Positions 1 to 7,125 of a DNA stretch of 25,155 nt are shown here, piece after piece. Where the stretch lies: positions 1 to 25,155 of the IMG/VR virus record IMGVR_UViG_3300022844_000024, one strand, 5' to 3'. The position numbers and the translations under genes are program-made. A model generated the notes under the pieces. The model worked only from the letters and a program-made list of their open reading frames with translations. It searched no databases and was not told where the DNA came from. The DNA is from a virus. Its lineage: Duplodnaviria > Caudoviricetes. How positions within the stretch are numbered: position 1 is the first letter of the stretch; the number at the start of each line of letters is the position of its first letter.

Positions 1-123
1 AAAGGACGAGGGTCAATTTTCCGACCATGGAAAAAGGACGAGGGTCAATTTTCCGACCATGGAAAAAGGACGAGGGTCAATTTTCCGACCATGGAAAAAG
101 GACGAGGGTCAATTTTCCGACCA
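1..123. repeat. Perfect 32-bp tandem repeat, ~4 copies (AAAAAGGACGAGGGTCAATTTTCCGACCATGG), cut by the window edge
   Basis: Units at 1-30 (partial), 31-62, 63-94 and 95-123 (partial); identical copies, no spacers. Confidence 0.95.
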
Positions 124-152
124 CGTTATAGGGTACCGACACCCTATAACGT
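123..152. other. Perfect 12-bp inverted repeat (hairpin/cruciform)
   Basis: ACGTTATAGGGT (123-134), loop ACCGAC, ACCCTATAACGT (141-152). Confidence 0.85.
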
Positions 153-223
153 ATCGGGTGAAATAAAAGAACACCCGTCAGGTCTGTACAGCCTGCCGTA
201 CCATGGGGTGAAAATGCGGGTAC

Positions 224-380
224 TACCCCCGGGTAGGGTTTCCCCACCCCCCGGGGGGTAGGGTCTGCCCCACCCCCGGGGGTAGGGTCTGCCCTCCCCC
301 TAGGGGTAGGGTCTGCCCTCCCCCTAGGGGTAGGGTTTTCCCTCCCCCTAGGTACGTAGGGTGAGGTACCCCCTAGGGGG
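224..380. repeat. G/C-rich ~24-bp tandem repeat, ~6 copies (consensus GGGGTAGGGTCTGCCCTCCCCCTA)
   Basis: GTAGGGT core at 233, 258, 282, 306, 330 and 356; unit junctions form CCCC(TA)GGGG palindromes. Confidence 0.9.
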
Positions 381-696
381 GCCCCCGCGCGGGGAAAGCC
401 CGCCCCCCGGGGGAGTTCCCGGATATAAGAAAATTTCGCCTAATTGGCGGCTTTTTTCACGGATTTAAGGAGGTATTCGTGGGAAATAAATAAATATTGT
501 AGGATAATTTTAGGCATATTTACCAGAAAAAGGCAGAACAATTCCCAGAGAAATACCCAGCGATTTATGGCAGAAACTCCAGACAATTCTCTGAAGTTTT
601 TTCCTAGGATTTCTCAGACAAATACTGGGAACATTTCCCAAACCTTTTCCGAACGATTTCTCTGACAATTCCATAGAAAAATCCCAGAGACTTCCC

Positions 697-726
697 TTGA
701 CATTTCCCAGCACATTCCTGTACGAT
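697..726 (+). promoter_or_regulatory. Putative sigma70-type early promoter
   Basis: TTGACA (697-702), 18-nt spacer, TACGAT (721-726); lies upstream of the + strand gene block. Confidence 0.5.
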
Positions 727-750
727 ACCCCAGACAAGTTGCGGGGCATT

Positions 751-771
751 TGCCAGAAGGTTTTTCTGGCA
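751..771. promoter_or_regulatory. Operator-like inverted repeat downstream of the putative promoter
   Basis: TGCCAGAA-N5-TTCTGGCA perfect 8-bp dyad; a related dyad TGGGAA-N3-TTCCCA lies at 626-640. Confidence 0.35.
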
Positions 772-812
772 GACCCCCACCCCCCTTTTTTTTTAGATAG
801 GCACCCCCTATT

Positions 813-1367
813 ATGAAGTACGTTGAGATCAAAGGTTCAAGCTCCTATGACATTCGCTGTGTACCTTCGGCGTTCGAGGGAAAATTTCAGGACTTCCACT
901 TGCATTATGATAGCCTCAAGGGTAAGATTGAGATCAGAGATGGATTCGGAGGGTATGTGGAACCCTTCCACGGTAACCTAAACCCACTCAAGCTAGGTGC
1001 AAAAAAAGGAGAGGACGCCACACTACGCCTTGAGGCGGTGGCTATCAACCATGAGGTCACCCAACTGAAGTGGACATCGGATGGTGAGATCATCCAGAAC
1101 AGCGTGCATACGTTGGATAGTATAGTCAAGCTCGCTGATGCACCTTATGAAGGGGGGCGGCTGTTTCAAACCTCCTTCAAGAAGCGGGTATTAAACTCCG
1201 ACTACCGAACGTATAGTGCAGTGGAGGGGGCGTTCGGCGAGTACATCTTTCAGGTGCATGTTCCAACAGGTCTAGCCGTGTGGCTGGACTCACCACAGGG
1301 TAGGTTTATTATGTTCTCCCGCGTTAGTGAGGAGACAATCATTACATCGGGGAGTACACAGATATGA
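813..1367 (+). CDS. Hypothetical phage protein (184 aa)
   Basis: First ORF of a tightly coupled + strand operon; ATGA overlap with the next gene; no motif recognised. Confidence 0.65.
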   Translation: MKYVEIKGSSSYDIRCVPSAFEGKFQDFHLHYDSLKGKIEIRDGFGGYVEPFHGNLNPLKLGAKKGEDATLRLEAVAINHEVTQLKWTSDGEIIQNSVHTLDSIVKLADAPYEGGRLFQTSFKKRVLNSDYRTYSAVEGAFGEYIFQVHVPTGLAVWLDSPQGRFIMFSRVSEETIITSGSTQI

Positions 1368-1786
1368 GTGATTTTGAATACGACGAAAACATCCAACTGA
1401 TTGTCGGTCGCACGTTGGAAAGTGTGACAAATGAAGCCGACGAATCTGTCGTGTTTTTGTGTACGGATGGCTCAGCGTTTGAGGCATATCACATGCAGGA
1501 TTGCTGTGAGTGGGTTTCGGTACACGACATCATCGGCGATCTGAATGACTTGGTCGGAAAGACGATCACGTCAGCATCAGCATGGTCATCATGTATATGG
1601 CCATCAGATGTGACGATCACGTCAGCATCAGCATGGTCATCATATACGTGGACGACGCACGTATTCCGAGCCGATGACGGCACGGTTGTGCAGGTACGAT
1701 GGCTCGGTGTATCGAACGGTTATTATTCCGAGTTAGTTTATTTTGGCCGAACCCAAAAACCAATAAGGATTGATCCACATGAGTGA
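1364..1786 (+). CDS. Conserved phage hypothetical protein (HxQDCCE...YTWT...RWxGxSNGYYSE family)
   Basis: Motifs YHMQDCCEWV, GDLNDLVG, SYTWT and RWLGVSNGYYSE match a widespread family of unknown function as recalled; coupled overlaps at both ends. Confidence 0.8.
   Translation: MSDFEYDENIQLIVGRTLESVTNEADESVVFLCTDGSAFEAYHMQDCCEWVSVHDIIGDLNDLVGKTITSASAWSSCIWPSDVTITSASAWSSYTWTTHVFRADDGTVVQVRWLGVSNGYYSELVYFGRTQKPIRIDPHE
1561..1643 (+). repeat. 32-bp direct repeat within CDS (TITSASAWSS x2)
   Basis: GACGATCACGTCAGCATCAGCATGGTCATCAT at 1561-1592 and 1612-1643, 51 bp apart, in frame. Confidence 0.9.
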
Positions 1787-2123
1787 TTTCAAAACAGAGG
1801 TGGAAGTGCTGATCGGCAAGCCACCAGAGGGTTTCAAGTGGCAGCCGTCGCGTATGTATATGCTCCAGGGTGAGGTAACATGTGCGTTTAAGCCGGTGCC
1901 GCTATGGGTGCCACCCAAAGGCGTGTTTCTGCGGGGGTGGCTCACGCGGAATGAGGGTAGCACTGAATTTTGGTGGCATGTAGAAGATGCTGAGTATAAT
2001 TGCGATGAAGGAGTATGGGTTACCGAGGGGAAGTCAATGAGATTATTTGGCATCCACCCGGACAACCTGCCGCCGTTAACGATCCCGGCTCACCTGAGTA
2101 AATTTAGAGTAGGAGATGACTAA
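1779..2123 (+). CDS. Hypothetical protein, paralog 1 of tandem triplet
   Basis: ATG at 1779 after TAAGGA; shares PLWVPPKGV, GW(L/I)TR and IHPDxLPPLTxPAHLxKFRVGD with the next two genes. Confidence 0.8.
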   Translation: MSDFKTEVEVLIGKPPEGFKWQPSRMYMLQGEVTCAFKPVPLWVPPKGVFLRGWLTRNEGSTEFWWHVEDAEYNCDEGVWVTEGKSMRLFGIHPDNLPPLTIPAHLSKFRVGDD

Positions 2124-2512
2124 TGATCACGATTGAAGTTAAAGTAGCCGACCCACCTGCGGACCTTGAGTACACAGGCGAGTACAGACGTGCCGAGCCA
2201 GAGGAGCCTTACATATATTTCGGTGAATTGGCTACGTCGGAGTTGGGCACGAGAAGTGAGGTTCTAATCCTTCGCAAAATCGTGCCACTATGGGTGCCAC
2301 CCAAAGGCGTTTATAGGCAGGGGTGGATCACGCGGGATGAGGGAGATACTGAATTTTGGTGGCACGAAGAAGATGCTGAGTATGATGACGTGGCGGGAGA
2401 GTGGGGTAACGGAAGGCGATCGGTGCTATTATATGATGGCATCCACCCGGACAGCCTTCCGCCGTTAACGATCCCGGCTCACCTGTGCAAATTTAGAGTA
2501 GGAGACGAATAA
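2123..2512 (+). CDS. Hypothetical protein, paralog 2 of tandem triplet
   Basis: AGGAG Shine-Dalgarno, TAATG overlap, same conserved blocks. Confidence 0.85.
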   Translation: MITIEVKVADPPADLEYTGEYRRAEPEEPYIYFGELATSELGTRSEVLILRKIVPLWVPPKGVYRQGWITRDEGDTEFWWHEEDAEYDDVAGEWGNGRRSVLLYDGIHPDSLPPLTIPAHLCKFRVGDE

Positions 2513-2901
2513 TGACAAAACAAACAATCACGATTGAGGCGGCTGATCCACCTGAGGGCCTTGAGTACACAGGCGAGTACAGACGTGCCGAAAAGGGGGA
2601 ACAGAGCATACTGAATGGTTACCATTATGCAGGGCCTACGTGCGGCTACGCTTTAATCCTTCGCAAAATCGAACCGCTATGGGTGCCACCCAAAGGCGTG
2701 TTTAAGCCGGGGTGGCTCACGCGGAATGATGGATCGTCGAATTTCCGGTGGAACCAAAAAGATCCTGAGTACGAGGCCGATGAGGGAGTATGGGTTACCA
2801 AGGGGGACTCAATGAGATTATTTGCCATCCACCCAGACAGCCTTCCTCCATTAACGACCCCGGCTCACCTGAGCAAATTTAGAGTAGGAGACGACACATG
2901 A
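2512..2901 (+). CDS. Hypothetical protein, paralog 3 of tandem triplet
   Basis: AGGAG Shine-Dalgarno, TAATG overlap, same conserved blocks. Confidence 0.85.
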   Translation: MTKQTITIEAADPPEGLEYTGEYRRAEKGEQSILNGYHYAGPTCGYALILRKIEPLWVPPKGVFKPGWLTRNDGSSNFRWNQKDPEYEADEGVWVTKGDSMRLFAIHPDSLPPLTTPAHLSKFRVGDDT

Positions 2902-4118
2902 GTGAAGATAAAAAACATTTCCGGTATGGACCATCATCAGCTCACCGCTGGGTCAAATGCCCGTCAAGTCTACAGAAGCATGGAAGGGAGGATGGGGTCA
3001 GCGATATCGCCGGTGAAGGTACGATAGCCCATAAGGTGGTGGAGCTTACGGTAGGTAAGTCAGAGGATGAGATCAGGGCCTACCTTGGTGTACTCATGGA
3101 TGGGTTTACCATTGACAATGACATGGTTGAGGGGGCCATTCTATTCCATAAGACTGTGGCGGAATACTGTGCCACCTTCGACAAGAGTGTAGCGTACTAT
3201 GAGAAGTTCCTAGATGGGCGTTCAACATTCGGTGTGGATTTTGGAGGGACTCCCGACTGCCTTATCTACGGGAGCCATAAGGATGGCTCAACCGATATTG
3301 TGGTTATCGACTATAAGTTTGGCTTCAACCCCGTAGAGGCTACACGGAATCTACAACTACTGTCCTACTGTATCCTTGCTGAGACCGTGGCAGCGGGGTA
3401 CCAGTATGGCATGGAGGGGGTGATTGTCCAGTTGCGGGTGGGCCACCCGGAAGGGGCGGTCAGACACTATAAATTCACCGAGAATGATAAGGAGGTATTT
3501 CATCTGGATATGGACAGGGCCATCAAGGCTGACAAGAAGGGGCTGGACATCTTCGAAGTAGGCAGTCATTGCCAATACTGCCGAAGGCAGGGAAACTGTC
3601 CAGAGCTAGCGGGCCGTATCATGGAAATACCAGTGCCAACAGGGAGTGCGCTGCATACGATCGATATGACCCCAGAAAAAACAGCCCAGCTTCTGAAGAT
3701 GGAAAAGCCTATTATGGGTTTTTATAGTAAATTAAAGCAGCACGCTGTTGACTTACTGGGGTCTGGGGTTCATTATGTACCCGGGTACAAGTTAGTTGAG
3801 ACCTATGGAAGGCGTAAGTGGTCCGTCACTGAGGAAGAACTACTAAAGTTGGCGAGGAACCGAAAGCTAAAGAAGTCTGATATGTACGATCAGTCGCTGA
3901 AGTCCCCGTCTCAAGTGGAGAAGATTGCCGGTAAGAAGTTTACCGCCGGTCTTACAACTGTAGAAACTACCGGGGTCGCTGTGGCACCGGAATCTGATAA
4001 GCGAGTCGGAGTAGATATCCGCTCAATCTCAAAGGAATTTAAGAATGTCGAAGCGAGTAGTAACCCCAGAAGCGATCTTGTCCTACCCAGCCTTGGTAAC
4101 TCCACGGGCAATGAATGA
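2898..4118 (+). CDS. DUF2800-family Cas4-like PD-(D/E)XK exonuclease
   Basis: PSSAHRWVKCPSS, EGTIAH, GTPDC, VIDYKFG, NLQLLSY and GSHCQYC..CP (Cys cluster typical of Cas4/AddB-like nucleases); canonical position before DUF2815 and PolA. Confidence 0.88.
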   Translation: MSEDKKHFRYGPSSAHRWVKCPSSLQKHGREDGVSDIAGEGTIAHKVVELTVGKSEDEIRAYLGVLMDGFTIDNDMVEGAILFHKTVAEYCATFDKSVAYYEKFLDGRSTFGVDFGGTPDCLIYGSHKDGSTDIVVIDYKFGFNPVEATRNLQLLSYCILAETVAAGYQYGMEGVIVQLRVGHPEGAVRHYKFTENDKEVFHLDMDRAIKADKKGLDIFEVGSHCQYCRRQGNCPELAGRIMEIPVPTGSALHTIDMTPEKTAQLLKMEKPIMGFYSKLKQHAVDLLGSGVHYVPGYKLVETYGRRKWSVTEEELLKLARNRKLKKSDMYDQSLKSPSQVEKIAGKKFTAGLTTVETTGVAVAPESDKRVGVDIRSISKEFKNVEASSNPRSDLVLPSLGNSTGNE

Positions 4119-4584
4119 AGATCAGGAGCCTAAGTACAGTTGTGAGTTGATCTTCCCGGTGGGAACGGACCTAAGCATCCTGAAGGAAGCCGCACGTCTT
4201 GCAGCGACGGGGAAATGGGGTGAGTCAGTACCTAAGGCGTGTAAGTCCCCCTTCCGGGACGGTGACATTGACCGAGAGGGTAAGGTCGGCTACGAGGGCT
4301 GCACCTTTATCTCAGCACGTTCGAAGGCTAAACCTAAAGTCGTTGTGGGTAAGGACATGCAGCCATCGATGGATGAGGATGACCTATACTCTGGCTGCGT
4401 TGTAAGAGTGAGTGTAACCGCTTTTGCCTACGATAAGGGCGGCAACAAAGGGGTAGCCTTCTTCCTCAACAATGTATGGAAGATCAAGGACGGTGAACGT
4501 ATTGGCGGCGGAGCCTCCGCTCAGGAGGAGTTCTCAGCCGTGGATGTGGACCCTGCATCGTTTGGGGAGAACACGCCTTTCTAA
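4045..4584 (+). CDS. DUF2815-family phage single-stranded DNA-binding protein
   Basis: LSYPAL..P, KYSCELI, PFRDGD, YSGC.VR.S, AY..GGNKGV.F.LNNV.KIKDGER.GG; acidic tail ending in PF; AAGGA Shine-Dalgarno. Confidence 0.9.
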   Translation: MSKRVVTPEAILSYPALVTPRAMNEDQEPKYSCELIFPVGTDLSILKEAARLAATGKWGESVPKACKSPFRDGDIDREGKVGYEGCTFISARSKAKPKVVVGKDMQPSMDEDDLYSGCVVRVSVTAFAYDKGGNKGVAFFLNNVWKIKDGERIGGGASAQEEFSAVDVDPASFGENTPF

Positions 4585-4618
4585 CAGGTGCCCCCACTAG
4601 ACCTACCACATAACCCAT

Positions 4619-4659
4619 AGGGCACGTTTGGTGAAATCCGAACGTGCCCTTTTTTATTT
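4619..4659 (+). terminator. Intrinsic terminator between the SSB and polymerase genes
   Basis: AGGGCACGTTTGG-tgaaat-CCGAACGTGCCCT stem followed by TTTTTATTT. Confidence 0.75.
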
Positions 4660-4669
4660 AAGGGCTGCT

Positions 4670-6847
4670 ATGAGACTCCTATTCATTGACTTTGAAACAC
4701 GTTCGGAGTGCGACCTACCAAAGAGGGGGCAAAGTCCTTACTCGAACGACAAGACAACCGACGTGCTTTGCATGGCATGGTCCTTCGACGGGGCGACTAC
4801 GGGCCTATGGCTGCCCGGCCAGGACCTTGATGCAGAGGTAGTGGAACACATAAAGGCCGGTGGCGAGATCCACGCCCACAATGCAGCCTTTGAAATATCC
4901 ATCTGGAACAACCTGTGTGTTAAGCGGATGGGATGGCCGCAGGTCAGCCTCGCCCAGTGGCACTGCACAGCCGCTCTGGCCGCAAGTTATGGGTTCCCCC
5001 GCTCCTTGAGTGGGGCGGGCAAAGCGTTGAAGCTGGATGTCCTGAAGGACTCTCACGGCAATAAGGTGATGATGAGCCTTGCGGTCCCGCAGGCTATCAC
5101 AGGGGAAGGCTCCCTGTTTGGTCGGCAGGTTTTCTGGAATGAAAGCAAGGAGGACCTAGAGATCCTGTACAAATACTGTAGGCAGGACGTGCTGGCTGAG
5201 TGGGCCATTCACCACGCCCTGCCACCAATGAACACCTTCGAACGTAAGGTATGGTTGGCCAATGAAGAGATCAACCAGCGGGGCATACCATTAAGTATGG
5301 AGGATGTCAACAACGCACGACTGATCGTCGATGAGGAGAAGCGTATGTCCAACATGGACGTTCAGATTCTCACGGGCGGCAAGGTTAAGACGTTGAACGA
5401 AGTGAAGAGCATCCTCGACTTCGTCGCCAGCAAAGGCGGTTCACTGCCTAACCTACGTAAGGAGACCGTTGAGGCGTATCTGGAGCAGCCCGACATACCT
5501 GCTATCGTTCGGAGGGTCGTTGAGCTACGGCGGGACGTAGGGTTAGCCAGCCTGTCAAAGCTGGAAGCTATGGCAGCGACGGCGGACGAGGACGGCAGAG
5601 TAAGGGGGGCAACCCAATACTACGGTGCTGCGGCAACGGGGAGGTTCTCCGGCAGGGGCATGCAGCCGCAGAACTTCGTCAGGGGCAATCTGGATGTTGA
5701 CACTATGGACAAGGTGTTCGAGATGATGAAGGGCCGCCACCCCAGACACCTAACCATGTATGGCCCTCCGATGCACGTTATATCCAACTTACTCCGCAGT
5801 ATGATATCCGAAGGCGATGAGCCACTATTCATAGCCGACTATGCCTCTATCGAAGTCCGCGTACTGGCTTGGTTGGCCGGAGAGCAGGAGGTTCTCGACA
5901 TACTAGGTAGTGGAGGTGACCTGTACAAAGAGAGGGCCTCGAAGACCTATGGCGTACCAGTCGAAGAAGTTACAGATGCCCAGCGGTTCGTGGGGAAGAC
6001 TGCGGTTCTTGGGTGCGGGTATGGCATGGGCTGGAAGGCGTTCAAGGACGCTTGCCGAGTGATGGCCGGGGTTATCATCACCAGCCGAGAGGCTAAGAAG
6101 GTGATCAAGAGTTACCGAGAAGGTCACCCTAACATTCGTTCGTATTGGAGGGAGGCTAACCAATCCTGTATCGAGGCTGTTAAGACGGGGTCGCCGCAAG
6201 ACCTAGGAGACCTAACTGTAGGTATGTGTGACGTAGGGGGTGGGCCAGCTATGGAGATTAAGCTGCCATCGGGGCGATCGCTGCATTACCTACGCCCTAA
6301 GGTGGTTAAGGTGGTGGCCCCGTGGACAACCGGGATGCAAGGGACCATTGACTTCGGCGGTAAGGATACCGTGCTGGCCGGACTGGAAGACCTTGGGGTT
6401 GACTTCGATGAGGATAATATCCGAGACGGTGTACTGTACGGCGTTCGAGTCCCGAACGGAGTTACAATTCGGCGGTTATCCACTGTGACGGGTATCACGC
6501 AGACGGGCCTCATGGCACAGGAGCCTGAGCTGATTGAGCAGATTGAGTTTCTAGGCCTTGTACAGGCTGGTGCGGGGCTTACTGCTAAAAGGCTATATGG
6601 TGGCCTAATTGTGGAGAACATCACGCAGGCGGTCGCGAGGGACCTTCTGTGTGAGGCCCTGATAAGGATGCGGGACGCTGGCTACCCAGTTGTACTGCAT
6701 GTGCATGATGAGATAGTCGGGCGTAACAAGATGTTCGGTGGCGGCAGCATCGAGGACTTCTGTAATGTGATGGACGAAGTGCCCCCATGGGCGACTGGAT
6801 GCCCAATCGATGTGAAGGGCTTCGAGTCGGCGAGGTATCGAAAATGA
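4670..6847 (+). CDS. polA: Phage family A DNA polymerase with 3'-5' exonuclease domain
   Basis: Exo motifs DFETRS, HNAAFE, YCRQDV; TGRFSG..QPQN; motif A DYASIEVRVLAWL; motif B RFVGKTAVLGCGYG; motif C HVHDEIV. Start placed at ATG 4670, downstream of the terminator. Confidence 0.95.
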   Translation: MRLLFIDFETRSECDLPKRGQSPYSNDKTTDVLCMAWSFDGATTGLWLPGQDLDAEVVEHIKAGGEIHAHNAAFEISIWNNLCVKRMGWPQVSLAQWHCTAALAASYGFPRSLSGAGKALKLDVLKDSHGNKVMMSLAVPQAITGEGSLFGRQVFWNESKEDLEILYKYCRQDVLAEWAIHHALPPMNTFERKVWLANEEINQRGIPLSMEDVNNARLIVDEEKRMSNMDVQILTGGKVKTLNEVKSILDFVASKGGSLPNLRKETVEAYLEQPDIPAIVRRVVELRRDVGLASLSKLEAMAATADEDGRVRGATQYYGAAATGRFSGRGMQPQNFVRGNLDVDTMDKVFEMMKGRHPRHLTMYGPPMHVISNLLRSMISEGDEPLFIADYASIEVRVLAWLAGEQEVLDILGSGGDLYKERASKTYGVPVEEVTDAQRFVGKTAVLGCGYGMGWKAFKDACRVMAGVIITSREAKKVIKSYREGHPNIRSYWREANQSCIEAVKTGSPQDLGDLTVGMCDVGGGPAMEIKLPSGRSLHYLRPKVVKVVAPWTTGMQGTIDFGGKDTVLAGLEDLGVDFDEDNIRDGVLYGVRVPNGVTIRRLSTVTGITQTGLMAQEPELIEQIEFLGLVQAGAGLTAKRLYGGLIVENITQAVARDLLCEALIRMRDAGYPVVLHVHDEIVGRNKMFGGGSIEDFCNVMDEVPPWATGCPIDVKGFESARYRK

Positions 6848-7125
6848 CAGCACTGGAAAGGGTGCTGGAAAACCAGTTTGTGGATATCGTTGAAGCTGAC
6901 GGTAATCTGTGCCTGAAACTCCAGCAGGTGGGTCGAGTAGGTTTTCCAGATCGAACGGTCATTGCGGGGGGTAACGTCCTCTTCATTGAGTTCAAGCGTT
7001 CGGGTAAGGATAAGCTACGACCCGGTCAGGTGAAGGGTATTGCGGAGCTAAGGGAGAGGGGGGCCAACGTACTGGTCACCCATGACCTTGATGAAGCTGT
7101 AGCGTTCTACAGGAAATTCCTATGA
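6844..7125 (+). CDS. VRR-NUC domain nuclease (putative resolvase)
   Basis: ERVLE, GFPDR, FIEFKR, LRPGQ motifs; ATGA overlap with the polymerase stop (start 6844). Confidence 0.9.
   Translation: MTALERVLENQFVDIVEADGNLCLKLQQVGRVGFPDRTVIAGGNVLFIEFKRSGKDKLRPGQVKGIAELRERGANVLVTHDLDEAVAFYRKFL

Larger units (their letters stand above)
520..775. repeat. Degenerate ~11-12-bp periodic repeat (approx. ATTCCCAGACA)
   Basis: Recurring TTCCCAG/CCCAGA/CAGACA variants, e.g. CAG/CTG/TAG cores at 546, 558, 571, 580, 591 and 662, 674, 685, 708, 718, 731. Confidence 0.6.

Noticed and set aside
1-123. CRISPR array
   Set aside because: Repeat length is CRISPR-like but the units are contiguous with no spacers, and no cas operon is present
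437-457. Terminator-like CGCC-TAATT-GGCG followed by a T-run
   Set aside because: Only a 4-bp stem and no upstream gene in the window; too weak to call
444-832. Short ORFs 444-665 (+), 510-749 (-) and 614-832 (-)
   Set aside because: They lie over the degenerate repeat and promoter region, have low-complexity translations and lack convincing starts
1779-2901. Diversity-generating retroelement (template/variable repeats)
   Set aside because: Differences between copies are not confined to adenines, all copies are intact coupled genes, and no reverse transcriptase is in the window
2898-4118. CRISPR-associated Cas4
   Set aside because: Context (DUF2815, PolA, VRR-NUC, SNF2) is the standard phage replication module; no cas1/cas2
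4045-4118. 74-nt overlap between nuclease and SSB genes as a special feature
   Set aside because: Most simply a non-conserved C-terminal run-on of the nuclease; the SSB has its own Shine-Dalgarno
4628-4669. TTG start of the polymerase given in the ORF track
   Set aside because: It falls inside the terminator hairpin; ATG 4670 directly precedes the exonuclease I motif
6326-6535. Intein or intron in the polymerase
   Set aside because: No intein terminal residues or LAGLIDADG motifs, the segment is short and the frame is uninterrupted
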